Shown: piece by piece, positions 24,276 through 37,570 of the stretch | How the letters are laid out: each line of letters opens with the position of its first letter | Numbering within the stretch: position 1 is the stretch's first letter | Source of the DNA: Chiloscyllium plagiosum | Taxonomy: Eukaryota | NCBI RefSeq assembly: GCF_004010195.1 | Contig: NC_057719.1 | Coordinates: forward strand, 8,754,066-8,818,065 | Reading direction: 5' to 3' | DNA length: 64,000 nucleotides | The notes under the pieces: generated by a model | What the model was told of the DNA's origin: nothing | The model's database searches: none | The model's input: only the letters and a program-made list of their open reading frames with translations | Made by a program: the position numbers and the translations under genes

Positions 24276-25414
24276 TGAGAGATATGGTTTTCCAGCCACT
24301 GTCAGGGGATTTGACTATGTTCCTTTTTTTCATTTTCTTTTCAATGTCTAGAAATTCTCTTACATACAACTGAACACTATTTTTCCCTTCAACTAACCAC
24401 CTGCGGTTTTTTATTCATCTATCAAACACCAGTAAACCACCTATGTTTACTTGGGAATCTGTAACTCACTGCCTGTAAAGGTGGGAAAGACAGAAACCCT
24501 CATCATGTTGAAGAAGTATTTAGATGCACACTTGTGATGCTCAGGCGAGGGGAAATGGGATTAGAAAAGTGAGATGTTCTTGACCAGTGCAGATTCGAAG
24601 GGCCGAATGGCCTTTTTCTGTGCAGTAGATCTCTATGACTCCATGAGAACATTCAGGGGATAAGGCCAAAGAGAAGTAGGTGGTTCAATCAAAATGGCTT
24701 GGCTGGGGAGCAGAGGGGAGCTTCCTGTTCTTAAATAGAGATGACAATTGCTGACATTTGCAATAATGTGATATACTAATTGTTCATTGATGTCAGGCCT
24801 GGAGACTGGATGGTGCAGAGGCTAAAAAGCCATTGGGAGAGTGTGAGCACAATCAAGCTGAAAACAGTACCGTTCTGGTGGATAGCCAGTCACTCAGCAG
24901 GCATGGCAATTCACAGATCACTGAATGCCTGAGTAATCACCCTGATAACACAGAGCTTACATCTTTTTTTAAGCTCATTCATGGGATGTGGGCATCACTG
25001 ACTAGACTAGTATTGCCCAGAGGCAGTTTAGAATCGACCACGTTGCTGTGGGTCTGGAGTCACATCAAGGGGCCAGCCCAGGTAAGTCTGGCAGGTTTCT
25101 CTCTACAAAGTATGCGTGAATCTGATGGATGTTTCCACCAACAATAGCTTCAGATTCCAGAACTTTCAGATTCTGCCATCTGCCACAGCCAGATTGGAAC
25201 CCAGGTTCTCCCCAGAAAATGAACTAATAATCAAGCCATAATCGCACCAGGCCCAAACCTCCATGGTTGCAATCTGTGTTGGAAGAAGGGGTGCTGTCCA
25301 AGTTTTCCATCTTACGTTCACCAGGAACACCCAAACTCCAATAAAATTCAATTGTGAAAACACGGTTAGGCTAAAGGGCCTGATCCCATGCTGTGAACCT
25401 CTATGAAACAACAA

Positions 25415-25745
25415 TTAGATCGGATTCCCTACAGTGTGGAAACAGGGCCTTCAGCCCAACAAGTCCACACCGACCGTCTGAAGAGTAACCCTCCCAGACT
25501 CATTCCCCCACCCTATATTTACCCCTGACTAATGCACCTAGCACTAAAGGCAATTTATCGTGGCCAATCCACCTGACCTGCACATCTTTGGATTGCAGGA
25601 GGCAACCGGAGCACCCAGAGGGAACACACACAGATATGGGGAGAACATGCAAACTCCACACAGACAGTCGCCCAAGGCAGGAATCGAACCCAAGTCACTG
25701 GTGCTGTGAGACAGCAGTGCTAACCACTGAGCCACTGTGCAGCCA
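25415..25745 (-). mobile_element. HE1-type V-SINE
   Basis: Full head, V-domain and tail. Confidence 0.9.
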
Positions 25746-26019
25746 TATTCCTTTGTAAAAACATTTGATAAATGATTTCCTTCAGGATTTTGTGCTGTTA
25801 TGATTCTGCCCTCATGTCATAAAGATACAAAGTCTGAATAATGTGTGTCTTTCCTCAACAATAGCAAAGCCCTGGGTCTTCACTCCCTACACAACTGATT
25901 TGAATTACATGAACCTCATTATCTTTTTTACTTATTATTTCCAAAGCTAGGAAAGGCTAGCACAAAAGGAGCAACACACAATCGTGCCATTTACTGGAAG
26001 CAGATTGTCTCATTCTCGA

Positions 26020-26293
26020 ATACAATCCTTACAGTGGGGAAGGATATCATTTGGCCCATCGAGTCCACACTGACCCTTGAAAGAACATCCCACCCAGACC
26101 CACCCCATTATCCACAGCGAATCCATCTAACCTGCGCTCCTTTGGACTGTGGGAGGAAACCAGGGCATCCAGACAAAACTCACACAGTGACGGGGACAAT
26201 GTACAAACTCCACACAGACAGTTGCCCGAGGCTGGAATTGAACCCTGGTGTGGTGAGGCAGCAGTGCTAGCCACTGAGCCACTGTGCCACCCC
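26020..26293 (-). mobile_element. HE1-type V-SINE
   Basis: Head GGGGTGGCACAGTGGCTCAGTGG on the minus strand, V-domain. Confidence 0.85.
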
Positions 26294-26667
26294 AACTGCT
26301 GCTGGACTTAAAGGGTTGAATCTTACTTTCTGTTGTTCGCAAACAAACATTTTCAAATTGTTCCTGCATAGTTTGATGCATTTTGAGTTATTTTGTGTAA
26401 TGTGTTCATTTGCTGTAAGTACATTGGCAGCTTCTCATGAATGATGTTCACTGACCGATCGCCATGGTGAACAAAAAAGAAAACTTAAAAATATATGAAG
26501 CCAGGTCTCACTCTGGGACCCTACCTTTCCAGAGGGATCATTACACTCATGTGGCTCTGTGTCAACTATTCCCCTGATACACTTTGGGATGCCTCACTCA
26601 TTCATTCATCTTGAATTAAGTTTTTTTGTGTTGGGAGTTGAACGAAGAAGTCTTCAAAACATTACCT

Positions 26668-27480
26668 AGATTAATAGTGGTACTGGAAAAGCACAGCAGG
26701 TCAGGCAGCATCCGAAGAACAGGAGAATTGATGTTTTGGGCTAAAACTCCTCATCAGGAATGAGGCTGTGAACCGAGGGGGTGCTGAGATAAATGGGGTT
26801 GGGGGTGGGGCTAGGGGGAAGGTAGCTGAGAGTGCAATAGGTGGATGGAGGTGGGGGTAAAGGTNNNNNGATAGGTAGGAGAGGAGGGTGGAGCGGATAG
26901 GTTGGAAGGAAGATGGACAGGTGGGACGGGTCATGAGGAAATTGGTGAAATCCACATTGATATCCTGAGGTTGGAGGGTCCCGAGGCGGACGATGAGGCG
27001 TTCCTCTTCCAGACGTTGGGTGGTTAGGAAGTGGCAATGGAGGGGGTCCAGGACCAGCATGTCCTCGGCCGAATGGGAGGGGGAGTTTAAGTGTTCAGCC
27101 ACGGGGCGGTAGGGTTAGTGGGTTCTGGAGATGTTCTCTGAAGCACTCTGCAAGTAGGCATCCTGTTTCCCCGATGTAGAGAGACTGCGTCAGGAGCAAC
27201 GGATACAGTAAATGACATGTGTGGAAGTGCAGGTGAAACTTTGATGGATGTGGAAGACTCCTTTGGGGCCTTGGACATAGGTGAGGGGCAAGGTGTGGGC
27301 ACAGGCTTTGCAATTCCTGCAGTGGCAGGGAAGGGTGCCGGGAGGGGACATTGGATTGGTGGGGGGCATCAGCCTGATGAGATAGTTGCGAAGGGAATGG
27401 TCTTTGCGGAAAGTGGATAGGGGTGGGGAGGGAAATATATCCCTGGTGGTGGGGTCCATTAGTAGGTGACGGAAATGGTG
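26668..27480 (-). mobile_element. Penelope-like element (Neptune-like) GIY-YIG endonuclease remnant plus terminal repeat
   Basis: Minus ORFs DPTTRDIFPSPPL..PCHCRNCKAC..HVIYCIRCS / LYIGETG / RLEEERLIVRLGTLQP, frameshifted. Same family as 592-2144. Confidence 0.9.
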
Positions 27481-28224
27481 GAGTCCAGTGATAATACCAC
27501 TGGCGTACCACCAATCATTTAGCCCTGTGAACTATATCTAATTCCATGAAAACATTCAATGTTTTTGCTTCAACTGTTTTCTGCAGCAGAGAATTCCACA
27601 GGCTCCCCACTTTCTGGGTGAAGACATTTCTCCTCATCTCAGTCCTAAATGTATCTGCAGACTGTGACTGCAGGTTCTTGAGACCCCAGTTATTGGGATT
27701 GTCATGGGAGGAGGGATTCTGCCTCCTTCATCCTGGACAGAACACTACTTAAAATTTAACAGCTACTTTTAGTCCTGGTAATCAAGTTAATGATATGTCA
27801 GCTCTGGCTCAATGGATAACAGACTCCTTTCTGAGGTGAGTATGTCATGAGTTCGAGTCCTATATCGGAGACGAGAGATGAAAATCCAGGCAGATAGTTA
27901 ATTATAGCACCAAGGAAATGCCCATTGAACACTTGACTTTTGACTTGTTGGGTGAGAGATGTGAACAAACAAAGATCCCTGCACTATCTTGAGTAGACAC
28001 ATTGGTGGTCTCCATAGTGTTCCAGTGACAATGAACTGACAACACCAAAAGAGGTCATTACTGCCTCACTGTTTCATGGGATTTTACTCTATGCAAATTG
28101 GCTTCCACCTCAGAACAGTGGCTTCACCTCAAAAAAAGAGGAATTTCTTCCCTGGCTTGGAGATGTCCTGAGGTGGACAATATGACATACAAATTCAAGT
28201 CCTTTGTTTATAAGTTCATCTGTG

Positions 28225-28718
28225 ACATAGAGTCATAGAGATGTACAGCATTGAAACAGACCTTTTGGCCCAACTTGTCCATGCCAACCAGACATCTCAA
28301 CCTAATCTAGTCTCATTTGCTAGCACTTGGCCCATATCCCTCTCAACCCTTCCGATGTATATACACTTCCAGATGCCTTTTAAATGCTGTAATTGCACCA
28401 GCCTCCATTAGTCCCTCTGTCAGGTCATGCCATACACGCAACACCCTCTCCGTGAAAAAGTTACCCATCAGGTCCCTTTTAAATTTTTCTTCTCTCACCC
28501 TAAATCTATGCCCTCTAGTTCTGGACTCCCCCACACCAGAGAAAAGACCTTGTCTATTTACCCTATCTATGCCCCTCATGATTTTATAAATCTCTACAAG
28601 GTCACCCCTCAGCCTCCAACGCTCCAAGGCAAACAGCCCTAGCATATTCAGCCTCCCCCTGTAGCTCAAACCCTCCAACCCTGGCAACATCCTTGTAAAC
28701 CTTTCCTGAACCCTTCAC
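28225..28718 (-). mobile_element. CR1/HER1 LINE 3' fragment
   Basis: ORF MLPGLEGLSYRGRLNMLGLFALERWRLRGDLVEIYKIMRGIDRV. Confidence 0.92.
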
Positions 28719-29639
28719 ACCACGCGCCCCCATTTCTGTCTACCTTTCAACCTTGCTGATGTCCTCAGCGAGGGAACTTGGCTCAACTTTACTTCTCACC
28801 ATGAAAGGAAACACACAATGAGATTAGATCCTTAAATGGAACCGCAATCAATGGTAAACAATCCCCAAAAGCCACTGTACCATAACTCAAACTTGAACGA
28901 AATGCATCGTGTTTGGAGATGCACTTTCGGAGATCTGTGCTGATAATCGTGTACCGTCACTGCTACGGTAGGAATACTTGCTCACATTAACGCCTTGTCC
29001 TCTGGATGTCTGACAGCTTGCAAGTCTGTGGTCAGTGTCACTTTTCGCAGTGTTCTCCTTTACATGAAATTTAAGCAATTAATTATTTATCCTCCCTCCT
29101 CTTTCATTTCTCCCACATCTCCGCTCCCAGCTTTCCGCCGGGATGCTGGCTGTTTTTCCATGCTTTCGCAGGCTCGCTTAGAAATCACCTGAAGTGCAGC
29201 CTGCCGAAAGGAGTGCAGAATGATACATTTTTGCCTGGCTGGGTCATTTATTGACTGAAATTTCTTTGCACACTCCCTGCTAGTATATCCCACTCTCTAT
29301 AAACTGTAGGGTGGGGGAGGGGGGGGGGGGGGTCTCTGAAGTTTTGTTGTTCATGTCTAAATGCGCAGTAAGCCCTGTTCCCCAATGCCTCTGTGCACAC
29401 AGAACTACACCGACACCTGGTGAAGCAACAGCTTTGCTTTAAAATTCACCTTCTCGTCTTCTCTTTCTCTGTCCCCAATTGGCGTTGGACCAACTCTGGT
29501 TTCTGTGCCTTTAGTTGCCCAGGCCCTGAGCTCCAGCATGTCCTTCATGTGCTTCTACCTGAGTATGGCATTCAAGAGCATGAGCTAAATTGAAGTCAAT
29601 GGGCATCCAATGGAACCTTCTGCTGCCTGTAGCACAAGG

Positions 29640-30100
29640 GGAATGAGGCGATGGGCTAGCAGTTATTAATACTGGACTATTCATCCAAAAACCCAGGTAA
29701 TGTTCTGGGCACTGTGGGTTCAAATCCTGCCATGGCAAATGGTGGAATCTGAATTCATCTGGAATTAAGAGTTTAATGATGACCATGATTGTCAGGAAAA
29801 GAAAACCCATCTGGTTCCACCCATGTTCTCTGGTCTGGCCTACGTGACTCCAGCCCTCAAGCAATGGGGTTGACTCTCAGTTGCAATCTGGACAACTAAA
29901 GACGGGCAATAATGGTTCATTAATGTCCTTTATGGAAGCAACCTGCTGTCCTTACCTGGTCTGGCCTACATGTGACTCCAGACTCTTAACTGCCCCCTCG
30001 GCAATTAGGGTCGGGCAATAAATCCTCATCCTGAGAATGAGTTAAAAGGAAAAGCTCTGGCCCAGCCTGTGATGCTAATATCCTGTGAACGAATTGAAAA
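29640..30100 (+). mobile_element. MetaSINE-like SINE with duplicated 3' half
   Basis: TGGTCTGGCCTAC..GACTCCAG and the tail each occur twice. Confidence 0.65.
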
Positions 30101-31402
30101 AATGCGCGGCCAGGCATCTCTGTCTCAGGAGGTACTAAAGTATTTCCTCAGCCTAGTATTTTAGGCCCGAACCTGCTCAGCCCCTTCCTGTGGAGGCGTG
30201 CAATGTGGATCAGACAATGTTCAGTGTCATTCACAACTCCTTAGAGGGTTATGAAAGCTACTGCCTGGTCAATATCTAGCTGTCTCTTCTTGATATGTCT
30301 GAAACGATATCTCCATCTTTTGTGCGATTACCCAAAGTGAAAATTCCTCTCATTCGATTTGACATGCTTTTATAATAAGTTCTGATGAAAAGAAAACCTG
30401 GAGGTTTCACTCCATGCAGGTTAACTGCACCCTGGGCTGACCTTTGGACCTCTAAGGAGCTGAGATCTGTCTCTGAAATCACAAATATGACCTGCCAGTT
30501 CAGTGGGTCAAAATGTTTATGTAGTGAGTACAGAACAGTGCAGGAATGCAGAACTGTTTCTGACAGATATTGGAATTTTCTCATCTGATTACTGAAAAGT
30601 CAATGTGTCATCTTTTGGGAGACAGACTGTGTGCAATTATGACATGAAGGGTGGAATATATTTTAATGCACTGATTGATTCTGACGGCAAAATTAAGAGA
30701 TAAAACACGTCAAAGAAACAGTTTAATCACTCAAACAGCCAGCCTGCTTGCTCTATCTAAAGTGTCACCAGGATGTACTATTAATGCTATTTTTTATTCA
30801 TGTGGGCATCGTTGACTGGGCAAGCATTTTATTGCCCATCCCTAGTCACCCTTGAGAAGGTGGTGGTGAGCTGCCTTCTTGAACCAAAGTAGTCCTATAT
30901 GTGGATACACATCAAATACACATGTCCCGTATCAGTTGCCCTTCACCTAGAAAGACAAGACTGGCAGATGCAGAGGAACACTCTCATTTCTTGTGCCATT
31001 GCTCAGTAGCATGGATTCAGTTTATTTGAAAAGGTTAAAGGACAGATTAGACTCTAACTTGCAGTTACAGATTACCATGCATTAAACCTATTTCTAGCAT
31101 TCCTTCTGCTGGACTGGGTATAGTAGTTGGTCTTGTGGTTTCAGCCTGGTCCTTGGGTCTATTAATTCTTAAAGAAACACAGCTCTTAAAGTGTCTTAAA
31201 GCACTTTAGACACCATTACCCGTAAGTTCCCCTCCAAGCCACACATCATACTGACTCAGAACTATATCATTGGTGTTGGGTAAAAGTCCTGGAGCACCCT
31301 TAGAAACAGCATTGTTACAATGGAAACGGAATGTTGTGCCTTTATTTCGAAGGGAATGGAATGTAAAAATAGGGAGGTTTTGCTGAAATTATATACTGCA
31401 CT

Positions 31403-31491
31403 CCTGAAGAAGGGCTTATGCCCGAAACGTCGATTCTCCTGTTCCCTGGATGCTGCATGACCTGCTGCGCTTTTCCAGCAACACATTTTCA
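31403..31491 (+). mobile_element. Solo family-1 PLE terminus with intact hammerhead, inserted in CR1 (31310-31665)
   Basis: CTGAAGA(31404-31410)-A-GGGC-TTAT-GCCC-GAAA(31424-31427)-CGTC; 21-bp TSD GCT(G/A)AAATTATATACTGCACT at 31382-31402 and 31492-31512. Confidence 0.85.
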
Positions 31492-31666
31492 GCTAAAATT
31501 ATATACTGCACTAGTTAGACGATTGGAATACTGTGAACAGACGTGGACCCCTTATTTAAGGAAACAATCAAAGTATTGGTATTGGAGGCAGTCAGAGAAT
31601 GTTCACACGACTGATACCAGGTATGGAGGGCTGTCTTATGAGGAGAGGCTGAGTAGGTTGGGCCTG

Positions 31667-31992
31667 TCCTGGTTGTTCTCCTATAGCGTGCATTTCGTCA
31701 GCACGATTTGACTGTAACACGATTGGCGAATTGGGGCACCTTTTTTTTTAAAACACAAACTCCCATTGGCTATGACGCAATTCCATTCCCGACACTAGGT
31801 GCTGCCGAGGGCTGGACTCGTGCTGGCCTCGCATGGTCAGTCGGCTCGCGTGCTTCATGGTGGAGTGCTTCCTGAAAGGTACAGTACTGCACTCAGTAAT
31901 TTCCGGTCCCCTCTTTTGTAAATGCCGTGTTTTCCATGAATATGGAAGGACAAAATTGCACGAATGTAACTCAGTATTGTACAATACTGTTA
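31667..31992. mobile_element. Probable Tc1/mariner (Tigger-like) MITE debris within CR1
   Basis: Left end similar to the MITE at 33205 (GGTTGTTCTCCTATAGCG..GAATTGGG..CAC). Confidence 0.45.
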
Positions 31993-32620
31993 CTCAGCAA
32001 ACTCAGAAACCCCTTCAAGTTACCTTCCAATTTTTCAGGGTAAAGTATTAAATTTACCCTGAAATGAGATGAGGAGGAATTTCTTCTCTCAGAAATAGTG
32101 AATCTTTACCACAGAGGGCTAATGAGCCTGATTCATTAATAAACACACAACTTTTACTAAAGCCTGACAAAAAAAGCATTGATCTCAAACATTAACTCTT
32201 TCTTTCAACGGATGCTGGCGGATTTGTGTAGCTCTAGCACTTTTTGGAGGGGGATTCTTCGCAAAGGGTTGTTGAAGATTTGAGTATCTCTGGTGTTCTC
32301 TAACACAGAAGGCTGTGGACCATCACTTGCTGAGTATGAGGACATCGGTGAATAGAGTTTTGGAAACTGACGGAACTATGAGCTATGGAGATACTGCATA
32401 AAGGTGAGAGAGAACCCAGGATCTTACTGAACAGATTCAGTGAGGGAAATTCAGCATGTCTAGAAGGACCCTCACCAACTTTTACAGATGCACTATTGAA
32501 AGCACACCGTCCGGGTGCATAACGGCCTGGTACGGCAACTGCTCTGCCCAGGATGGTAAGAAACTACGGAAGGTAATGTGCACAGCCCAGACCATCACAG
32601 AAGCCACCCTCCCATCCATT

Positions 32621-32843
32621 GATAAAAACAGAAGTTGCTGGAAAAGCTCAGCAGGTTCAGCAGCATCTGTGAAGAGAAATTAACGTTTCAGGTCTGGTGA
32701 CCCTTCCTTCGAACCTTTGAGGAAAGGTCACTGAACACAAAGCGTTAACTCTGATTTCTCTGCACAGATGCTGCCAGACCTGCTGAGTTTTTCCGGCACC
32801 TTCTGGTTTTGTTTCTGATTTCCAGCATCCGCAGTTCTTTCGG
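32621..32843. mobile_element. Palindromic PLE-terminus mini-element (family 2-related)
   Basis: Arms GGAAAAGCTCAGCAGG..CAGCATCTGTG / CACAGATGCTG..CCTGCTGAGTTTTTCC; CCATCCA repeated on both flanks. Confidence 0.75.
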
Positions 32844-33204
32844 CTTCCATCCAGGCTCTCTGTTTACACTCCCATTGTCCTAGAAAGGCTGTCAACATCA
32901 TCAAAGAACCCTCCCACCCCAGTAATGCTCTCCTACAACCACTTCCGTCAGGCAGAAGACACAGAAGCTTGAAAACACACACACACCAACAGGTTCAAGG
33001 ACAGCTTCTTCCTGGCTGTTATCAAACTGATGCATGGACTCTCTAACTTCAAATAATGCTGATCTTGTTAATGTTGATCTTGCTTCATGCACCTCCTATT
33101 CAGTGTAACCTGTATGCCTAACTCTGTCCAAGCACCCGATGATCTATATGTCCTTGCTTACTATAATCTGCCTGTACTGCTCTCAAACTAAGCTTTTCAC
33201 TGTA

Positions 33205-33411
33205 CAGGTCGATCTGCTATAACGCGAATTTCATTAACATGCATTTGTTGAAACATGATTAACGAATTGGGTACACTGTTTCTAAAGCGTGAACTTTAAA
33301 AATATGTATTTGCTGTAATACAATTACATCATCCACACTTTAAGTGCTGTTTCCAAAGTGTGAGTTTTCAATAATACAGGGTTGCACATCATGTTATAGA
33401 AGAACTATCTG
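33205..33411. mobile_element. Tc1/mariner-type MITE
   Basis: Imperfect TIRs CAGGTCGATCTGCTATAAC / GTTATAGAAGAACTATCTG with TA on both sides; removing it restores the Rex1 tail TTTTCACTGTACTTAGG. Confidence 0.75.
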
Positions 33412-33855
33412 TACTTAGGTACATGTGACAATAAATCAAATCAATCAATCAAACGTCCCCTCTTCCTCAGTCTTATGAACATGTGCCCATGTAAATCCAT
33501 GTAAATTGTGAAAAAGGCACCTGGCATTTGTTGAAGGGAGGGTAAAAGCAGTTGCAAAAAATGAAACGTGACCGTACGTATGTAGCCAGGTCGATGTAAT
33601 AGCTGCAGAAGAGACAGATGATATTTAATGCAGGGAAGTGTAAGATGATTCTTTTTGTTTGGAAGAATGAGGAGAGACAATTCAAAATAAAAGGTATAAT
33701 TTGAAAGCAGCAATAGGAAGGGCTCTATGCATAAATCATTGAAGGTGATGGGACAGGTTGGGAAAGCAGATCATAAAGCCTCAACAATAGGAACTTAGGG
33801 TACAAAAGTGAGGAAGTTATGATAAATCTACCTCAACACTAGTGCAATGTCAATT

Positions 33856-34142
33856 GGGGTGGCACGGTGGCTCGGTGGTTAGCCCTGCTGCCTTACAGTG
33901 CCAGGGACCCATGTTCGATGCCAGCCGTGGGCGACTTTCTGTGTGGAGTTTGCACGTTCTCTGCGCGGGCTTCCCCCGGGTGCTCTGGTTTCCTCCCACA
34001 ATCCAAACGATGTGCAGGTCAGGTGAATTGGCCATGCTAAATTGCCACGTCAGGGATAAATAATGGGTCTGGGTGGGTTACTCGTCTGTGTGGACTTGTT
34101 GGGCTGAAGGGTCTGTTTCCATACTGTAGGGAATCTAATCTA
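33856..34142 (+). mobile_element. HE1-type V-SINE inside old CR1 debris (33480-34600)
   Basis: GGGGTGGCACGGTGGCTCGGTGG head, V-domain, AATCTAATCT tail. Confidence 0.9.
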
Positions 34143-34802
34143 GTCTGACACTTAGCACCACAGTTTTGGAAAGATTTGAAGGCACCAGAGGACGTGTGGA
34201 AAAGATTGATGAGAATAGTTCCAGGGATGAGGGACTTCACTTAACAAGACAGACTGACGAGGCTTAGGTTGAGAGGAAATTTGATAAAAATACTTAAAAT
34301 CACGAGGGGTCTAAATGATTAGATAAAGAGAAACCGCATTGGTGAAAGGTTTGGGAATCAAAGGGTACAGTTTTAAAATGATTGCAAATGTTAACATGAA
34401 AGAAAGTCTTTGTTACACAGCAAGCCTGAGAGTACAGTGGAGAAGGGTCAATTTAACTTTCATAAGGGAATTTGATCATTATCAGAAAAGGAAGAATTTG
34501 CAAGCCTTATGGGAGGAAGCTAGGGAGTGTCAGAAGGTGAATTGATTCTGCAGTGAGCTAGCACAGACATGTTAGGCTATTTCGAAGCAATTCTGTGGTT
34601 CTACTAATAGTTCGAATTTCGAATACTCTACCTGGGACTATAGTAGAGACAGATTCAAACAAGAAAAAAATGAAATAGTTATCTTAGCAGAAAGGGTTTG
34701 CAGATCTACAGCAAAGAGGTGGCAGAGCGAGATTAGGTGCACTGCTCTTGCATTTGTGATGATATTGATAAAGCAGGATTGGCATCAATCTAGGAGCGCA
34801 AC

Positions 34803-35108
34803 TGTTAGCACTCCTCGGTTGACTGTCTGTGTGGTGTTTGCACATTCTCCCCGTGTCTGCGTGAGTTTCCTCTGGGTACTCCGGTTTCCTCCCACAGTCC
34901 AAAGATGTGCAGATTAGGTGGATTGGCCATGGGGAATTGTCCCACAGTGTCCAGGGATGTGCAGGCTAGTGGAATAGCGATGGGTAATCCAGGGTGAAAG
35001 GGATTGGGAAGAGGGTAGGTTTTGGATGCGACGCTCTTTGGAAGGTCGGTGTGGATTCAATGGGCCGAATGGCCTGCTTCTTCACAGTAGGGATTCTATG
35101 ATTCTATG
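34803..35108 (+). mobile_element. HE1-type V-SINE (head partly deleted)
   Basis: V-domain and (GATTCTAT)2 tail. Confidence 0.85.
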
Positions 35109-35389
35109 AAGGCAACAGCAACTGAATGCCGGGCGTCTGGATCAGTGCAGTGCCATAGCAATGGGCTGAGGGGTTTCTCTGAGGGGTCATTTCATAATAT
35201 TAAAAGCTCGCAACAAAGTACTGACCATACCCAACCAGGCCATGCTTGAAAAACTTAAAAGGTGCCATTCAACAATACAGGTGATTCTTCAATTGGACAA
35301 CAGTGGCTATATAATTGTAAGTGTGCCAAGCATCACGCTGACTAGGATTATTTGTCAGGTTTACAGCAGAGCACAGTTACGTGCATTGG

Positions 35390-35572
35390 AAGGTATATAT
35401 ATAAGGTGTACATATATAAGCTGTGCATATATAAGGTGTACACATATTAGCTGTACATATACAAGCTATACAAATATAAGCTGTGCCTAGATAAGGTGAA
35501 CATATATAAGCTGTACATATACAAGCTGTACAAGTATAAGCTGTGCATATATAAGGTGTACATATATAAGTT
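35390..35572. repeat. 15-bp minisatellite, ~12 copies
   Basis: Unit ATAAG(C/G)TGT(A/G)CATAT. Confidence 0.93.
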
Positions 35573-36309
35573 CATAAGACACAGGAGAAGAGGAGACCAT
35601 TCAGCCCATCAATTCTGTTCCACCACTCAATGAGATCATGGCTAATTTGATAATTCTCAACCCCACTTTCTTGCCCTTTCCCTCTCACCTTCGATTTCAT
35701 AACACTCACATGGGACTCTGTTCTTTTCCAACACAAAGAACCTGGGCACATATTGCATCTGTTTCAACTTAATAAAACAGGTAAGGCCCATTCTGTTCAC
35801 TCCTCTGGGAAATGCCTTGACCAATCAGAATCAATCTGCTTAGATTAAAATTTAAACAAAGTTTAACAGTTAACTCTCAGGGGTGTAATTGGTAACAAGT
35901 GAGCCAGAACACAGCAGACACAGGATCTGACTGAGGTGGAATTACACCCAGGATCCAGTCCAGATTTGGTAAGAGAAGCCCCAGCATAACAATCTTCCCT
36001 GAATCAGCACAACTGAGCAAAATAATTGACTGGTGATTGAAACAGAGTAAAACAGAGTGGCAGGCAGCTCACCATCACCTTCTCAAGGGCAATGAGGAAT
36101 AATCAATAAATGGGCAATAAAAGCTGGCTCAGCCAGGCATGCCCACATCCTATGAGTGAATAAAATTAGACATCCTTCAGCTGAGTGATGTAACATTGCT
36201 GGTCTTATCTTACAACTGGCTTCAGTTAGCTGCTTTGATCTTCCCTCGCTATATAAGACCTGTGACAGGAATTGAAATCAGGCAACAGACGTGCTGCATG
36301 GCTATAATT

Positions 36310-36675
36310 AGAGTCAAGAGTCCTATGGCATGGAGACAGCCCCTTCGGCCCCAATTGGTCCGTACTGACCAAAACGCCCATCCACACTAACCCCATTTCC
36401 CTGCACTTGGCCCATATCCAACTAATCCTTTCCTATCCATGTATTTGTCCAAGTGCCCTGTAAACGTTGTTAATGTACCAGCCTCTACCACTTCCACTGG
36501 CAACTCATTCCTTATGCCTACCACCCTCTGTGTAAAACAGTTGCCCCTCAGGTTCCTGCTTATTCTTTAAATTGATGCCCTCTAATCCGTGATTCCCCAA
36601 CTCTGGGAAAAAGACTGAGTGCATTCATGCATCTCATGATCTTATACACTTCCATAAGATCTCCCCTCAGTTTCC
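36310..36675 (-). mobile_element. CR1/HER1 LINE 3' fragment
   Basis: CCCTTCGGCCC...CACTTGGCCCATATCC...ACCACCCTCTGTGTAAAA. Confidence 0.82.
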
Positions 36676-36859
36676 GAAAACAAAATTGGACTTATTTAAA
36701 CTAAATTTTGAAGGTATCTTGAGTACTTGCTGCAGCAGCAGAAGAAGGGTGCAAGCTTCAAGGAACAGGTTGTCACCAAAGACCTGGACAACTACACAAC
36801 ATCTGGGCACAATGGAACACATTGGGGTTACCTGGAAAGCAGCTTTTCTGAAATTTTAA

Positions 36860-37035
36860 ACTATCACACAATACCAGGTTATAGTTCAATAGGTTTATTT
36901 GGAAGCACTGGCTTTTGGAGTGTTGCTTCTTCTTCAGGGAGCTTGTACTTTCAAATAAATCTGTTGGACTATAACCTGGTGTTGTGTGATTTTTAACTTT
37001 GTACACCCCAGTCCAACACTGGCATCTCCACATCA
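36860..37035. mobile_element. Family-3 palindromic mini-element
   Basis: ATCACACAATACCAGGTTATAG / CTATAACCTGGTGTTGTGTGAT arms; TTTCTGAA on both flanks. Confidence 0.8.
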
Positions 37036-37570
37036 TTTCTGAATTGGGTACGTGGTTATTTTGTGGACAGGTGAATGACCCGTTAGACTTTCTTAAAAGA
37101 TCATCCTCCCTCAGCTAATACCCCTGAGATTGCATTGATATCTGCACTCCTCTAGTTCTGAACTCACTTCACCTGACCTCACTTTCATCCCATAAGACAT
37201 TCCTACTTATTTGACTGAGATTTTAGTCATATGTCCTCATACCTTCTAATGTGGCTTGGTTTCACACTTTGTTTAATAATGGCCTCATTAAGTGCCTCAG
37301 ACTGTTTTGCCACATTAAAACTGAGATGGAAAGTATAAATTATTGTTAATATCTTAGCATGCCACAGGAAAAATATATACTTTGTGCTCAGATATTCATG
37401 TATGCTTCATTGTCTTTGCAATTAATTCAATTTGCTGAATCAAGCATTGTTTTTTTTCTGTTATTTGATTGCTTCATTTTCTTTCATAAATTTGATCCCT
37501 ACTTATAGCCATGACTAAAATGGTTTGACAATGTGTTTTTACTCTTTGTTTTAGGGATACTGTTTACCTA

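Larger units (their letters stand above)
32450..33452 (+). mobile_element. Rex1/Babar-type LINE 3' portion with two nested insertions
   Basis: TLTNFYRCTIESTPSGCITAWYGNCSAQD; later KEPSHP..LQPLPSGRR; tail TACATGTGACAATAAATCAAATCAATC. Confidence 0.88.

Noticed and set aside
31972..31989. 18-bp perfect palindrome CAGTATTGTACAATACTG
   Set aside because: It is short and sits at the edge of MITE-like debris; most simply a repair or excision scar with no further support.
33856..33930. SINE heads as tRNA genes
   Set aside because: They have A/B boxes but continue directly into V-domain or other SINE bodies.
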